This document shows, piece after piece, positions 39,253 to 48,535 of a stretch of 64,000 bases of DNA (the first letter of the stretch is position 1; every line of letters starts with the position of its first letter). The notes beneath the pieces are model-generated. The model saw only the letters and a program-made list of their open reading frames with translations, had not been told where the DNA came from and ran no database searches. The stretch comes from Candidatus Marinacidobacterales bacterium (GTDB lineage: Bacteria > Acidobacteriota > Vicinamibacteria > Marinacidobacterales > SMYC01): positions 463,344-527,343 of the forward strand of contig CBDEGF010000004.1 of the NCBI GenBank assembly GCA_965237685.1, written 5' to 3'. A program made the position numbers and the translations under genes.

Positions 39253-40398
39253 ATGAAAGAGGAGCCATCCCTCGACACGATCCGGCACGAGCTCGACCGG
39301 GTCGACCGCGCGCTCCTCGACCTCATCAAGGAGCGGATGCGGCTCGTCGCGGAAGTTCGGAAAGCCAAGCGCTTTTCGGGCAAGCATTCTTTCGACCGCT
39401 CGCGGGAGCGCGCAGTGTTCCGGCGCGCCGAGGACATCGGAGCCGAGCTGGGCTTGCCGAGACCGGTGGTACGTGAGGTCATGGCGGTGCTCATCGAAGC
39501 GTCGCACACCTTGCAGGAGGAGGACGAAGAGCTCGAGACAGAGAGTGCATCGGCTCGGGCGTCGGAGGAGACCCGGCGAGTGCTCATCGTGGGCGGGCGC
39601 GGAAAGATGGGGCGCCTCTTCGAAAAGGCCTTTCGGAGACGTGCTCACCCGGTCGATGTTCTCGAGAAGGGAGAGCCTCTCGATGCTCCAAGGGTCGAGC
39701 GAGCCGACATCGTCATCGTGGCGGTGCCGATGGCCGAAGCGGAGTCGGTCACCGCCGCGCTCGGACCACGGGTGCGCTCGGACGCCCTCTTGTGCGACAT
39801 CAACAGTCTGAAAAAGGGCGTCTGTGCGGCACTCGCCGAGCACGGCGCCGGTGAGAGTGTCGGCATGCACCCGATGTTCGGGCCAACGGTCCGCTCGTTC
39901 CGGCGCCAGAAGATCGTGATCTGCCCGGTCGCGCCCGGCCCGATGGTGGGGTGGCTGGAATCGGAGCTCGGGCGCATGGGAGCCGAGCTCATTCGCACCG
40001 ACGCCGAGACCCACGATCGAATGATGAGTATCGTGCAAGTGATGACCCACTTCGGCACCATGGTGATGGGCCGCGCACTGAGCGAGTCGGGACTGTCTCT
40101 CGAGGAGACAGTTGCCTTCATGAGTCCCATCTACCGTCTCGAGGTCTCGATGGTGGGGCGGCTCTTCTCACAAAGCCCCGAGCTCTACCGGGAAATCCTC
40201 ATGCGCAATCCCTTCTCCGGCAGTGTCCGCGAACGCTTCGTCGAGCAGGCGATACGTCTCTCGACCATCCTCTCCGAGGAGGACCGGCTGGCGTTCGCGG
40301 ACTATTTTCAGGATACCGCGCGCTATTTCAGCGACTTCTCGGAAGAGGCGATGACCCTCTCGGACGAGATCATCGAGAAGATCATGAGCCGGCCGTAG
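39253..40398 (+). CDS. tyrA: Bifunctional chorismate mutase / prephenate dehydrogenase
   Basis: The N-terminal chorismate mutase helix bundle (LDTIRHELDRVDRALLDLIKERMRLVAEV) is followed by a prephenate dehydrogenase domain (VLIVGGRGKMGRLF, HPMFGP, IVQVMTHF). Confidence 0.85.
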   Translation: MKEEPSLDTIRHELDRVDRALLDLIKERMRLVAEVRKAKRFSGKHSFDRSRERAVFRRAEDIGAELGLPRPVVREVMAVLIEASHTLQEEDEELETESASARASEETRRVLIVGGRGKMGRLFEKAFRRRAHPVDVLEKGEPLDAPRVERADIVIVAVPMAEAESVTAALGPRVRSDALLCDINSLKKGVCAALAEHGAGESVGMHPMFGPTVRSFRRQKIVICPVAPGPMVGWLESELGRMGAELIRTDAETHDRMMSIVQVMTHFGTMVMGRALSESGLSLEETVAFMSPIYRLEVSMVGRLFSQSPELYREILMRNPFSGSVRERFVEQAIRLSTILSEEDRLAFADYFQDTARYFSDFSEEAMTLSDEIIEKIMSRP

Positions 40399-40451
40399 AA
40401 GTCAAGGCTACCGCATCCTGAAATGGCTCGACCTGGATTGAGGTTTTCGTC

Positions 40452-41351
40452 ATGAGTGCCCTCGACAAGCTCATCGCGACCTCGCTGCCCGTCGTTCCCA
40501 AGCCGCTGGTCCGGATCTTTGCCCGGCCCTACATCGCCGGAGAGAGGCTCGAGGACCAGATACGGGAGACCGAGAAGCTCAACCGCGACGGGTTCATGGT
40601 GACTACCGGCATTCTCGGCGAGTTCGTGACCCGCCGGGAGGAGTCGGAAGAAGCCGTTCGTGATTACAAGCAAGTCCTCGACCAGATTGAGGAGAAGAAG
40701 CTCGACAGCAACATCCACGTCAAGCTCACTCACTTTGGGCTCAAGCTGGACAAGGAGTTCTGCTACCAGAACATGCTCCAGATCCTCACTCATGCGCGCG
40801 AACGGAAGAACTTCGTGCGCATGGACATGGAGGACTCCTCGTGCATCGACGACACACTCGACACCTACTTTCGGCTGAGGGAGGAGTTCGACAACACCGG
40901 GGTGGTCATCCAGTCGCGCATGCGGCGCAGCCTGGCCGATGTGCGAAAGCTCCAGGAGGTGAAGGCAAACGTGCGGCTTTGCAAAGGCATTTACATCGAG
41001 CCTCGCGAGATCGCTTTCGTGGACCCGCAGATCATCAGGGACAACTACGTGATGCTCCTGGACGAGCTCTTGAGCGCCGGCTGCTACGTCGGTATCGCCA
41101 CCCATGACGAGCAGCTCGTCTGGGCCGCGTACCGGATCATCGAGCGCCTCGGGCTCCAGCCCTCACAGTACGAGTTCCAGATGCTGCACGGCGTCGACCT
41201 CCAGCTCCGACGCATCATTCGGGACGCGGGACACCGTCTCCGAGTGTCGGTCTCGTTCGGCCCCAACTGGTATCCGTATTCGCTTCGGAGACTGCGCAAG
41301 AATCCTGCCATTGCCGGTTATATCCTCAAGGCGACGTTCAGCAGGAGCTAG
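40452..41351 (+). CDS. Monofunctional proline dehydrogenase
   Basis: 299 aa. YIAGERLEDQIRETEKLNRDGFMVTTGILGEFV, NIHVKLTHFGLKLD, VRLCKGIY and IATHDEQLV are PRODH-family features. Its TAG stop lies in a CTAGTG motif (degenerate MITE end). Confidence 0.85.
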   Translation: MSALDKLIATSLPVVPKPLVRIFARPYIAGERLEDQIRETEKLNRDGFMVTTGILGEFVTRREESEEAVRDYKQVLDQIEEKKLDSNIHVKLTHFGLKLDKEFCYQNMLQILTHARERKNFVRMDMEDSSCIDDTLDTYFRLREEFDNTGVVIQSRMRRSLADVRKLQEVKANVRLCKGIYIEPREIAFVDPQIIRDNYVMLLDELLSAGCYVGIATHDEQLVWAAYRIIERLGLQPSQYEFQMLHGVDLQLRRIIRDAGHRLRVSVSFGPNWYPYSLRRLRKNPAIAGYILKATFSRS

Positions 41352-41389
41352 TGTCCCGAACCCCGTGTGGTCAAGAAAGTGGAACGGCA

Positions 41390-41553
41390 CTAGTGCACGA
41401 ACCCCCTGATACTGTCGGCAAATTCCAAGGTCATTTTTCGTGCTGGCAAGGCGCTGCGACGAAGTCATATCTAGATATTTCGAGGAGCAGCAACGCAGCC
41501 AGCGCGGAAAAGGACGTGGAATTTGCGGCAGGATTAGCGGGTTCGTGCACTAG
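41390..41553. repeat. MITE-like near-palindromic element, short form (copy b, 164 bp)
   Basis: CTAGTGCACGAACCCCCTGATACTGTCGGCAAATTCCAAGG ... core CGACGAAGTCATATCTAGATATTTCGAG ... CGTGGAATTTGCGGCAGGATTAGCGGGTTCGTGCACTAG. It is the reverse orientation of copy c. Confidence 0.85.
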
Positions 41554-42584
41554 CTCCGGATGCGTTCCTTGACGTGGGCTACCCAGAAGCAGTCGGCACC
41601 AGGCTCGGTGACGCCAGCGCTCGCGACGCGGAGAACGATCCCCGAAGCCGGTGCTCGCAGTCTCTCGACGACTCGAAGACCGTCCGCAACGTAGCCCACC
41701 CGCTCTGCCTCTTCCACTCGATCCCCTGGCCCTTTCTTCAGGTGCAGGATTCCGCCGCGGTTTGGCCTCAGGATGGAGACCCGATCGAAGCGGAAGCGTG
41801 TTTCCGGCACGCGCGGCTCGCCGGTCAGCATTCCCACCGCGCGCATCACGTTCAAGACACCGTCGACCGCCAGGGAGACGAGGTGGTCGCGAAGCCGTCC
41901 TCCTTCTCCGAGCTCCACCACCAGCGTCGGGACGCCGGCGAGGCGCGCCTGCTCGGCGAACGAGAATTCGAGACCGCGAAAAACGACGTGCCGGCCGCGC
42001 TCTTTCGGCCTCATCTCGTAGATGAGCTCGGTGCCGAACGCTTCGGCCATCCGCTTTCGCTTCGCAAGCGTTCGATGCGCGTCATCGATCATGACCACTT
42101 GCGCGAAGGGAGCCTCGCTCGAGCCGCTCATGCCACCGTGAAAGTCGAGGCAGTAATCGACGGACGGGAGGATGCCGTCGAAGATCGCATGCGCGATGCG
42201 GGCCGTCAGCGGCCCATGCGCATCCCCGGGACACACCCGGTTCATGTCCATGGGACCCCTGGCTTCGAAGGGCCAGCCCCGCTGCCGGCTCATGAAAGCC
42301 GGTGGATTTGCAATGGGAACCGCGACGAGCGTCCCTCGAATCTCGCGAGCGCGGATGCGTCCGAACACCTGCCGGGCCGCCTCCACCCCGACGATCTCGT
42401 CTCCGTGAAGGCCGCCCTGAACATACAGGGCCGGCCCGGGGGCTCCGGAGGCGACGAGGATCGGCAAAGTGAGGGGCGAGCCGTCGGGCCACGTGGCCAC
42501 TGCGACGCGGCGTCGCAGGACGGTACCGGCGCGCTCGCGCACGCCGAGGAAGCTTCTACGCGCCCCAGATCGTTTGGCCGGCAT
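41550..42584 (-). CDS. Succinylglutamate desuccinylase / aspartoacylase (AstE-AspA) family zinc hydrolase
   Basis: PGPALYVQGGLHGDEIVG and DFHGG fit the family. The first 9 codons and upstream region are a copy of the SDR-dctP junction at 46335-46563. The stop TAG lies in the MITE terminal CTAG. Confidence 0.75.
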   Translation of the reverse strand: MPAKRSGARRSFLGVRERAGTVLRRRVAVATWPDGSPLTLPILVASGAPGPALYVQGGLHGDEIVGVEAARQVFGRIRAREIRGTLVAVPIANPPAFMSRQRGWPFEARGPMDMNRVCPGDAHGPLTARIAHAIFDGILPSVDYCLDFHGGMSGSSEAPFAQVVMIDDAHRTLAKRKRMAEAFGTELIYEMRPKERGRHVVFRGLEFSFAEQARLAGVPTLVVELGEGGRLRDHLVSLAVDGVLNVMRAVGMLTGEPRVPETRFRFDRVSILRPNRGGILHLKKGPGDRVEEAERVGYVADGLRVVERLRAPASGIVLRVASAGVTEPGADCFWVAHVKERIRS

Positions 42585-42779
42585 CGATGAATACCGAAGC
42601 TCCGGTCACCAGTCGAGCTTCCTCGTTGCTGGCCAGAAACACCACCGCACCCACCACATCTTCCGGGATACCAATCTCCTTCAGGGGAATTCGTGCGGGG
42701 CGGCGCTCGCGAAACCCGGGCTCGGCAATATCACTGCGATTGAGATCGGATGAGACCGGGAGCGATGGTGTTGACCCTT
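42556..42779 (-). pseudogene. Duplicated 3' fragment of the SDR gene (copy of 46335-46563)
   Basis: Roughly 95% identical by eye to 46335-46563, with about 10 substitutions and a 5-bp indel. It encodes ...PLKEIGIPEDVVGAVVFLASNEEARLVTGASVFIDAGQTIWGA*, the SDR C-terminus, with nothing upstream. Confidence 0.75.
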
Positions 42780-42809
42780 CAAACCGAAGCTCGTGCGGAT
42801 TGTGAGACG

Positions 42810-44897
42810 TTACGGCCCAGCTCCGCTCGCGAGGCTCGCCAGCTGCTCCTTCACTTTCGGTTGATCGGGATTCAGCGCGAGCGACCGCTCGAACGCGTCT
42901 CGGGCCTTCTCGACGTTACCGAGGCGGTGATAAGTGTCTCCGAGGCTGTTCAGCAGGACGGTGTCGGGTGGTCGGATGGAGCGGGCGCGCTCGAGGTACC
43001 CGACCGCTTTATCGTCTTGCCCCTTGTAGTAGAAGACGAAGCCGAGACCCGCGACAACCTCGTACACCTGCGGGAAGTCCTGCTCCATTGGTGCGAGGAG
43101 CCGATAGGCATCGTCCACGCGCTTTTTTAGAAGGTAGGCGTGCGCGAGCTTCCATCGCGCGCCGGGAATCCGCGGGTTGTTCGCGCCCACCGCTTTTTCG
43201 AACTGCACCTCGGCCTCTTCGTAGAGCCTGCGATTCCAGAGTTGCTCGCCACGGGCCAGGTTCAGGATTCCAGGAACCGCGGTGTTGAATCCTCGACGAA
43301 ACAGGAAAACCGCCCGCGGTACAAAGGAACGCGGTGAAACGCTGAGGTCGGTGACCCGCTCGGACACCACGTTGCCATCGGGAGCGAGCAGGCGCGCACG
43401 CACCTGGTACGTACCTCCGACCATTTGAAAAAGAGACAGCTCGGCCACCACAGCGCGATCCTCTGAGCTCCCGACCGTCGCTTCGGTGTGATCGAGCACC
43501 TCCTGCCCCTGGAGTAAATCGAAGGCGACCCGATAATCTTCGGGAGCCTGAAAGGCCTGCGTCAGGGCCTGGACAGTGTCGCCGATGGCGAACAGTCCTT
43601 CGGAGGCCGGTTGTAGCCACATGGAGCCAACCTGAAACGCGCGAAACTCACCGGGTCGTACGCTAGCCGCCACCTCCTTCTTGTAACCGAGAACGACATC
43701 GGACAGAGCCGGGTCCCCCTCACGGTATTCCGGTACATTGAGGGTCGTCTCGGCCACGGTGTACTGCTTGATGACCCGGTTTCGAAGTATGACGGAGGCG
43801 GTGTAGTCTCCGGGGATGAGCGGAAAGTCGTCCTGGTAGGAGAAGGGCGAGGCCTTGACCTGCTCCACCTGGGCCGCGGTCAGCTCGACGTAGGACTCTT
43901 TGTCGTAGCGGAGCACCAGAATCCCGTCGCGGTCGGTGACCTCGACCGTGACGTCGAGGGTCGTATAGAACTTGGTCTGATCCTCGTCCGACTCCAGTGT
44001 GAAATGCTGCGGATCGATCTCGATGGCGTAGTGAACGAAGGGCATCGCCTCGGGTCCCACCAGCACCGAGAACACCGAACGGCTCGGCACGTAATTGAAC
44101 GAGTATTCGGCGGAAACGCGATTGCCATAGCGCAGCCAGGCGTCGACGTAGTCGGTGCGGATCGCCCGTTTGGGGGACTCCTCGATCCGTGCCATCATAA
44201 TCTGGGTGCCAATGGCCGCCCGCCCGGTTATGAAATCTGCCGGCTCGCCCGTGTCGAAGGACAAAGAGGCGTGGGCAAGCTCCGGCGAGATGTCTTGGAG
44301 CTTGTCCAGCGCGGCAACGTTGTTTGCTCCGGAAGCGAATTGGGAGCCGCGGAGAAGAGCGTTCGGCCCGTTGATGATCGGGCTATAGAGCCTGTGCTCG
44401 CCCGCGTCGTGCTCCTGGAAGAAGAGAAGATAGAAGAAAGACGGCAAACCTTTGCTCACGTCTCCCTGGTAGAACCAGAGCTCCGAGTCCACCAGCTCGC
44501 CATATCCGCTGAAGCGCGACACGTCCTGCGGCTCTCCAAGAATGATGTAGTAGCGCCCTCGATCGGTACGCCAGCCATCCCGAAACGTGTCGCGTCCCAG
44601 GAACTTGTTCGCGTGCTCGAGACGACGATAATGCTCTTCCCGAAACTCGTTGATCGGCGTCGCGCGATTCGGGTCGCGCCGGCGCCAGAAGGCCTCGATG
44701 AAGCGATTGCGCTCCTCGAGCGTCTCCAGGCTCAAAAAGGTTTCCTGCTCCCTCTCGGTGATGATGTACACCACTTCCTCTTGCAGCCACTTGCGGTGTT
44801 CTTCGGAGAGACGGTCGACCCTGTCATCCGCCGCGCCGTGGCGCGCCACTGCCAAAAAAACACAGCTCGCGATGAGCAAGAGAAGCCTGGTTTTCAT
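42810..44897 (-). CDS. GWxTD-domain protein with C-terminal TPR repeats, secreted
   Basis: Signal peptide MKTRLLLLIASCVFLAVA. FIEAFWRRRDPN, HYRRLEHANKFLGRDTFRDGWRTDRGRYYIILGEP (GWxTD) and C-terminal TPR-like helices are present. Confidence 0.8.
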   Translation of the reverse strand: MKTRLLLLIASCVFLAVARHGAADDRVDRLSEEHRKWLQEEVVYIITEREQETFLSLETLEERNRFIEAFWRRRDPNRATPINEFREEHYRRLEHANKFLGRDTFRDGWRTDRGRYYIILGEPQDVSRFSGYGELVDSELWFYQGDVSKGLPSFFYLLFFQEHDAGEHRLYSPIINGPNALLRGSQFASGANNVAALDKLQDISPELAHASLSFDTGEPADFITGRAAIGTQIMMARIEESPKRAIRTDYVDAWLRYGNRVSAEYSFNYVPSRSVFSVLVGPEAMPFVHYAIEIDPQHFTLESDEDQTKFYTTLDVTVEVTDRDGILVLRYDKESYVELTAAQVEQVKASPFSYQDDFPLIPGDYTASVILRNRVIKQYTVAETTLNVPEYREGDPALSDVVLGYKKEVAASVRPGEFRAFQVGSMWLQPASEGLFAIGDTVQALTQAFQAPEDYRVAFDLLQGQEVLDHTEATVGSSEDRAVVAELSLFQMVGGTYQVRARLLAPDGNVVSERVTDLSVSPRSFVPRAVFLFRRGFNTAVPGILNLARGEQLWNRRLYEEAEVQFEKAVGANNPRIPGARWKLAHAYLLKKRVDDAYRLLAPMEQDFPQVYEVVAGLGFVFYYKGQDDKAVGYLERARSIRPPDTVLLNSLGDTYHRLGNVEKARDAFERSLALNPDQPKVKEQLASLASGAGP

Positions 44898-45162
44898 TCG
44901 AAACCCCTCGAAATTCAGTCTTCTAGGCGGTCTAGGCCAGCTCGAAGTTCACAAAACGGTCAAGTTTGTCTTGTCGTCTTGGTTCTTTAATGACGATGGC
45001 TTGTTTCGCCACCTCCTATTGCTGGGACACTAGTGTCGGGTCGCCGTGATTCTCATTGCCGTCTTTCTTCGAGGTGCCGCCTCCGCCGCTATCTCGGTTT
45101 GGCCAATCCTATCATAGCTCAGCGGTATGAGGTCGCTCGCTACAAGAAACTGATACGGGACA

Positions 45163-45326
45163 CTAGTGCACGAACCCGCTAATCCTGCCGCAAATTCCAC
45201 GTCCTTTTCCGCGCTGGCTGCGTTGCTGCTCCTCGAAATATCTAGATATGACTTCGTCGCAGCGCCTTGCCAGCACGAAAAATGACCTTGGAATTTGCCG
45301 GCAGTATCAGCGGGTTCGTGCACTAG
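45163..45326. repeat. MITE-like near-palindromic element, short form (copy c, 164 bp; best-preserved copy)
   Basis: About 38-bp imperfect terminal inverted repeats (CTAGTGCACGAACCCGCTAATCCTGCCGCAAATTCCA / TGGAATTTGCCGGCAGTATCAGCGGGTTCGTGCACTAG). The arms are also similar internally, and the centre is the palindrome ATATCTAGATAT. Confidence 0.85.
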
Positions 45327-46363
45327 TTCGCAGCCACTTCGCGAACGCGTTCGGTCTCCTGCCGGAGGCGCTCGAGCAGCTCGTCGCCCCCTTCGAGACG
45401 AGAGGCCAGCTCTTCCCACACCCGGGGACGGACGAGGCGCTCGAAAGCATCGAGCGACGGGCGAGAAACCACCACACCCGCAGATTCCATCTCCGCGATC
45501 GCGTCGCGCTCGAGCTCGCGGGCCACTTCCGACTGGTACGCGAGGGCCTCGGCGGCGGAGCGGTCCAGGCTCCGTTGCACGTCCTCGGGGAGGGAGCGGT
45601 AGAAGCGATCGTTCACGAGCAGTGTGATGGGGTTGTAGGTGATGGAGGTGAAGCTGAAGTAGTTGCCCACCTCTGAAAAACGGTCGGTTACGAAGCCGAT
45701 GACGTTCGCCTCGCCACCGTCGATGACGCCCTGCTGGAGAGCCGAGTACACCTCACCGTAGCTCATCGGAGTCGCCTGGACACCGACGGCCTCGTAGGCG
45801 GAGAGATAGGTGGCATTCTGGAGCACGCGAAGTTTCAAGCCCACGAGATCGGAAGGCTCGTGGATGGGCCGCTTGCTGTTGTACACGTGACGGAATCCGT
45901 AGTCGAGAAACCCGAGAGAGCGAACACCGGTTCTCTCGAGAAGCCGCTCGCGCCACCAGTCTCCCAGCGGACCGTTGAGAACCTGCAGGCCTTCGTCGCG
46001 CGTCTCGAAGGCAAACGGCAGATCGAAGATCTGGCCTTCCGGCACCCAGCCGGAGAGCACCGGCGTTCCGGAGATGGCCATGTGCGTGGCACCCGCCTGA
46101 AGCTGCTCGAACCCCACCCGCTCGCCGCCGAGCTGAGCCGACGGGTAGATGACGACGCGGAATCTCCCGTCCGTTCTCTCCTCCATGAGATCGCGGAAAC
46201 GCTCCGCCATCAGCTGGTAGTCCGACGCGCTCGTGTAGACGTGCGTGAAACGCACGTGCCATAGGTCTTCGGACGCCTCGGGCCGGCAGGCGGCCTGAGC
46301 GAGCAGGCCCCCGAGCACGAGAGGAATGACTCGCCTAGGCGCCCCAGATCGTTTGGCCGGCAT
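45323..46363 (-). CDS. dctP: TRAP transporter substrate-binding protein
   Basis: 346 aa. RFRVVIYPSAQLGGERVGFEQLQAGATHMAISGT, IFDLPFAFETRDEG and GVIDGGEAN are DctP-family features. The stop TAG is inside the MITE terminal CTAG, and the start overlaps the SDR gene by 29 nt. Confidence 0.85.
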   Translation of the reverse strand: MPAKRSGAPRRVIPLVLGGLLAQAACRPEASEDLWHVRFTHVYTSASDYQLMAERFRDLMEERTDGRFRVVIYPSAQLGGERVGFEQLQAGATHMAISGTPVLSGWVPEGQIFDLPFAFETRDEGLQVLNGPLGDWWRERLLERTGVRSLGFLDYGFRHVYNSKRPIHEPSDLVGLKLRVLQNATYLSAYEAVGVQATPMSYGEVYSALQQGVIDGGEANVIGFVTDRFSEVGNYFSFTSITYNPITLLVNDRFYRSLPEDVQRSLDRSAAEALAYQSEVARELERDAIAEMESAGVVVSRPSLDAFERLVRPRVWEELASRLEGGDELLERLRQETERVREVAAN

Positions 46364-47105
46364 CGATGAACACCGAAGCTCCGGTCACCAGTCGAGCTTC
46401 CTCGTTGCTGGCCAGAAACACCACCGCACCCACCACGTCTTCCGGGACACCAATCTCCTTCAGGGGAATTCGCGCGAGGCGGCGCTCGCGAAACCCGGGC
46501 TCAGCAAGATCACTGCGATTGAGATCGGTCTCGATGAGACCGGGAGCGATGGCGTTGACCCTTATGTGGTGCGGGGCCAGCTCCAGGGCCATTTGTTTGG
46601 TGAGCATCTCGATACCCGCCTTGGCCACGCAGTAGTGCGTCAAGTTGGGCGCCGCGACCGCCTGGCCTGCCGAGGACACGTTGATGAACGCTCCCTCGAT
46701 CTCCCGATCGATCATGCGTCTCGCCACCGCCTGGCCGACGAGAAAGTAACCTCTCAGATTCGTTTCCAGCGTCCAGTCCCACTCCTCCTGAGAAATTTCC
46801 AGAAATGGCGTTCGCTTGAGAACGCCGGCGTTGTTCACCAGCACATCGATACCACCCAGGAAATCGTCGGCCTCCTCGACCAGGCGGTTGACATCCGCGC
46901 TCGAATCCGTACTCCCCTGTACCGCAGTGGCGCGCCGACCGAGCTCCTTCAATGAGCCGACGACCTCTTGGGCCGCGTCACGATTTGTCTTGAAGTTCAC
47001 GACGACGTCGGCGCCTTCGCGACCGAGCGCCAGCGCGATGCCGCGGCCGATGCTTCGGGACCCTCCCGTGACCAGAGCGCGGCGACCTTCAAGGCGCATA
47101 CTCAT
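46335..47105 (-). CDS. Short-chain dehydrogenase/reductase (classical SDR)
   Basis: TGGSRSIGRGIA, NNAG, S...YCVAK (YxxxK) and PGLIETD. Confidence 0.85.
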   Translation of the reverse strand: MSMRLEGRRALVTGGSRSIGRGIALALGREGADVVVNFKTNRDAAQEVVGSLKELGRRATAVQGSTDSSADVNRLVEEADDFLGGIDVLVNNAGVLKRTPFLEISQEEWDWTLETNLRGYFLVGQAVARRMIDREIEGAFINVSSAGQAVAAPNLTHYCVAKAGIEMLTKQMALELAPHHIRVNAIAPGLIETDLNRSDLAEPGFRERRLARIPLKEIGVPEDVVGAVVFLASNEEARLVTGASVFIDAGQTIWGA

Positions 47106-47182
47106 CCTCCTGCGATCGAATCCAGTTGACGGAGAATAGCGTCAGGCTCCGTCGGAAGCAAGATCGCATCTCGAGATAGCTC

Positions 47183-47210
47183 CTAGTGCTCGAACCCGCT
47201 GATCCTGCCG
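47183..47210. repeat. Solo MITE terminal repeat
   Basis: CTAGTGCTCGAACCCGCTGATCCTGCCG matches the MITE terminal repeat, with no partner end or core nearby. Confidence 0.6.
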
Positions 47211-47401
47211 TGTCCGGGTAGCGAATCCGACGGAAACGAGCATTCAAAGACCTGAAGAGGAACTGATTCGCCTCGGTGAGCAGGCGCGAGTGCGCAACCC
47301 AGAGAAGATCGGACGGTCGTAGTCTGTCGTGAAGAGTTTTTGACCAGGTCCCGGGCGTCAGCCGCGATCAGACTCTCGTCAGCGATCTCGTCTTCGTCAC
47401 G

Positions 47402-48481
47402 CTATTTCGCGAATAGCCGACCCACGAAGTCGGGGTCGTCTTTGAAATAGCGGCTGAAACGGTCCAAGGTGCCGGTCCGGTCCCGGATGACCTTCAGCCG
47501 CATTCTCCAAAGCTGCTCGTAACGCTGGTTTCGCGAGGCCGCTTCACGAAACCAGCGTATCGCCTCGTCCTTGTCACCGAGCTGGTAGTAAACGAGGCCG
47601 AGCGCCTCGTAGGCGCGGGACTCGTTGGGGTAGCGGTCGATGAACTCCTTCGCAGTGGCAATCGCCTCGTCGGATCTCGCGTCGGCTGCCAGACGGATCG
47701 CCTTTCCGTAAAGACGGTAATCCTTGCGCTTCTGCCAGAGTCGATTGAGCTCACGAACCGGCTCTTCATGGTCCATGACGCGGAGGTCGACGTAGTAGCT
47801 TATCGGATACACATCAGCACCGACGGTCGTACTGGCATCCTCAGCCACGCCCTTACGGTAGATTCTCAACGCGGCGGACTGCTTGCCCCGCGCGTCGCCG
47901 CCCACCGTATCTGCCTGGAGCAGTGCCGCCATGAGACGGTCGGCCAATTCGCCCTCGGTCGTCTCGAAGGTGTCACCCATCGCGTCTGTCGTCTCCTTGC
48001 CGGTGAGCATGTTCCCCTGGGTCGTGTAATACTGTCCCTGGCGGTCGCCGGAATAGAAAGTACACTCCGGACCGGTGTGGGCGGCAACACGCCCTTTTGC
48101 GTCCACCGCGCCCATCTGACGGAAATTCCGACCGGCGTCCTTGGACATGAGCATCTCGAGGCTGTCGGCGGCCGAGAAGCCTAATTCCATTAGTTGAACG
48201 CCTTCGACAGCGGTCAGGAGGTTTTGCCCGGCAAACGAGTGCTGCATAGCGATCACTCCCACGCCGGCCCTGCCGTAAAACGACATGACGTTGAAGACGC
48301 GGGAGGCGATCGCAATACCGACGTCACCCGTCTCCGGATCGTAGCCGACAATGGAGTAGGTGGTGATCAACTCGTCCGGCTCGGACGCGGGGGACGAGTC
48401 CTGGATGGCTGCGAATGACGTGGCGGCTAAAAGGCTGCTGCCTGCAAGCGCGAGCAGTGTCCGTCTCGCTTTTCCAAACAT
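47402..48481 (-). CDS. Secreted DUF1028 (Ntn-hydrolase-fold) protein with C-terminal TPR repeats
   Basis: Signal peptide MFGKARRTLLALAGSSLLAATSFAA. TYSIVGYDPETGDVGIAIASRVF is the DUF1028 N-terminal nucleophile region, here behind a ~37-aa leader. TPR-like helices occupy the last ~110 aa. Confidence 0.7.
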   Translation of the reverse strand: MFGKARRTLLALAGSSLLAATSFAAIQDSSPASEPDELITTYSIVGYDPETGDVGIAIASRVFNVMSFYGRAGVGVIAMQHSFAGQNLLTAVEGVQLMELGFSAADSLEMLMSKDAGRNFRQMGAVDAKGRVAAHTGPECTFYSGDRQGQYYTTQGNMLTGKETTDAMGDTFETTEGELADRLMAALLQADTVGGDARGKQSAALRIYRKGVAEDASTTVGADVYPISYYVDLRVMDHEEPVRELNRLWQKRKDYRLYGKAIRLAADARSDEAIATAKEFIDRYPNESRAYEALGLVYYQLGDKDEAIRWFREAASRNQRYEQLWRMRLKVIRDRTGTLDRFSRYFKDDPDFVGRLFAK

Positions 48482-48535
48482 AAAGTCCTCCTTGAGTTCA
48501 AACTCTGGTTGTCTGATCGATAGACGTATTAGTAT

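Noticed and set aside
45098-45162. The stretch catagctcagcggtatgagg looks like a tRNA D-arm.
   Set aside because: No matching D-stem closure, anticodon stem, T-loop (GTTCRA) or acceptor pairing can be built around it.
45248-45330. A small peptide (L)DMTSS(E/Q)RLASTKND(I/L)GICRQ.. recurs in ORFs at 14755, 41468, 45248 and 52345.
   Set aside because: It is simply the translation of the conserved MITE arm. The continuation differs in every copy, there is no RBS, and conservation is at the DNA level and palindromic.
47211-47401. The 190-bp non-coding stretch between the solo MITE end and the DUF1028 gene stop as a possible degraded gene or sRNA.
   Set aside because: Translations in all frames gave no recognisable motif, and no conserved structure is apparent. 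It cannot be supported from sequence alone.
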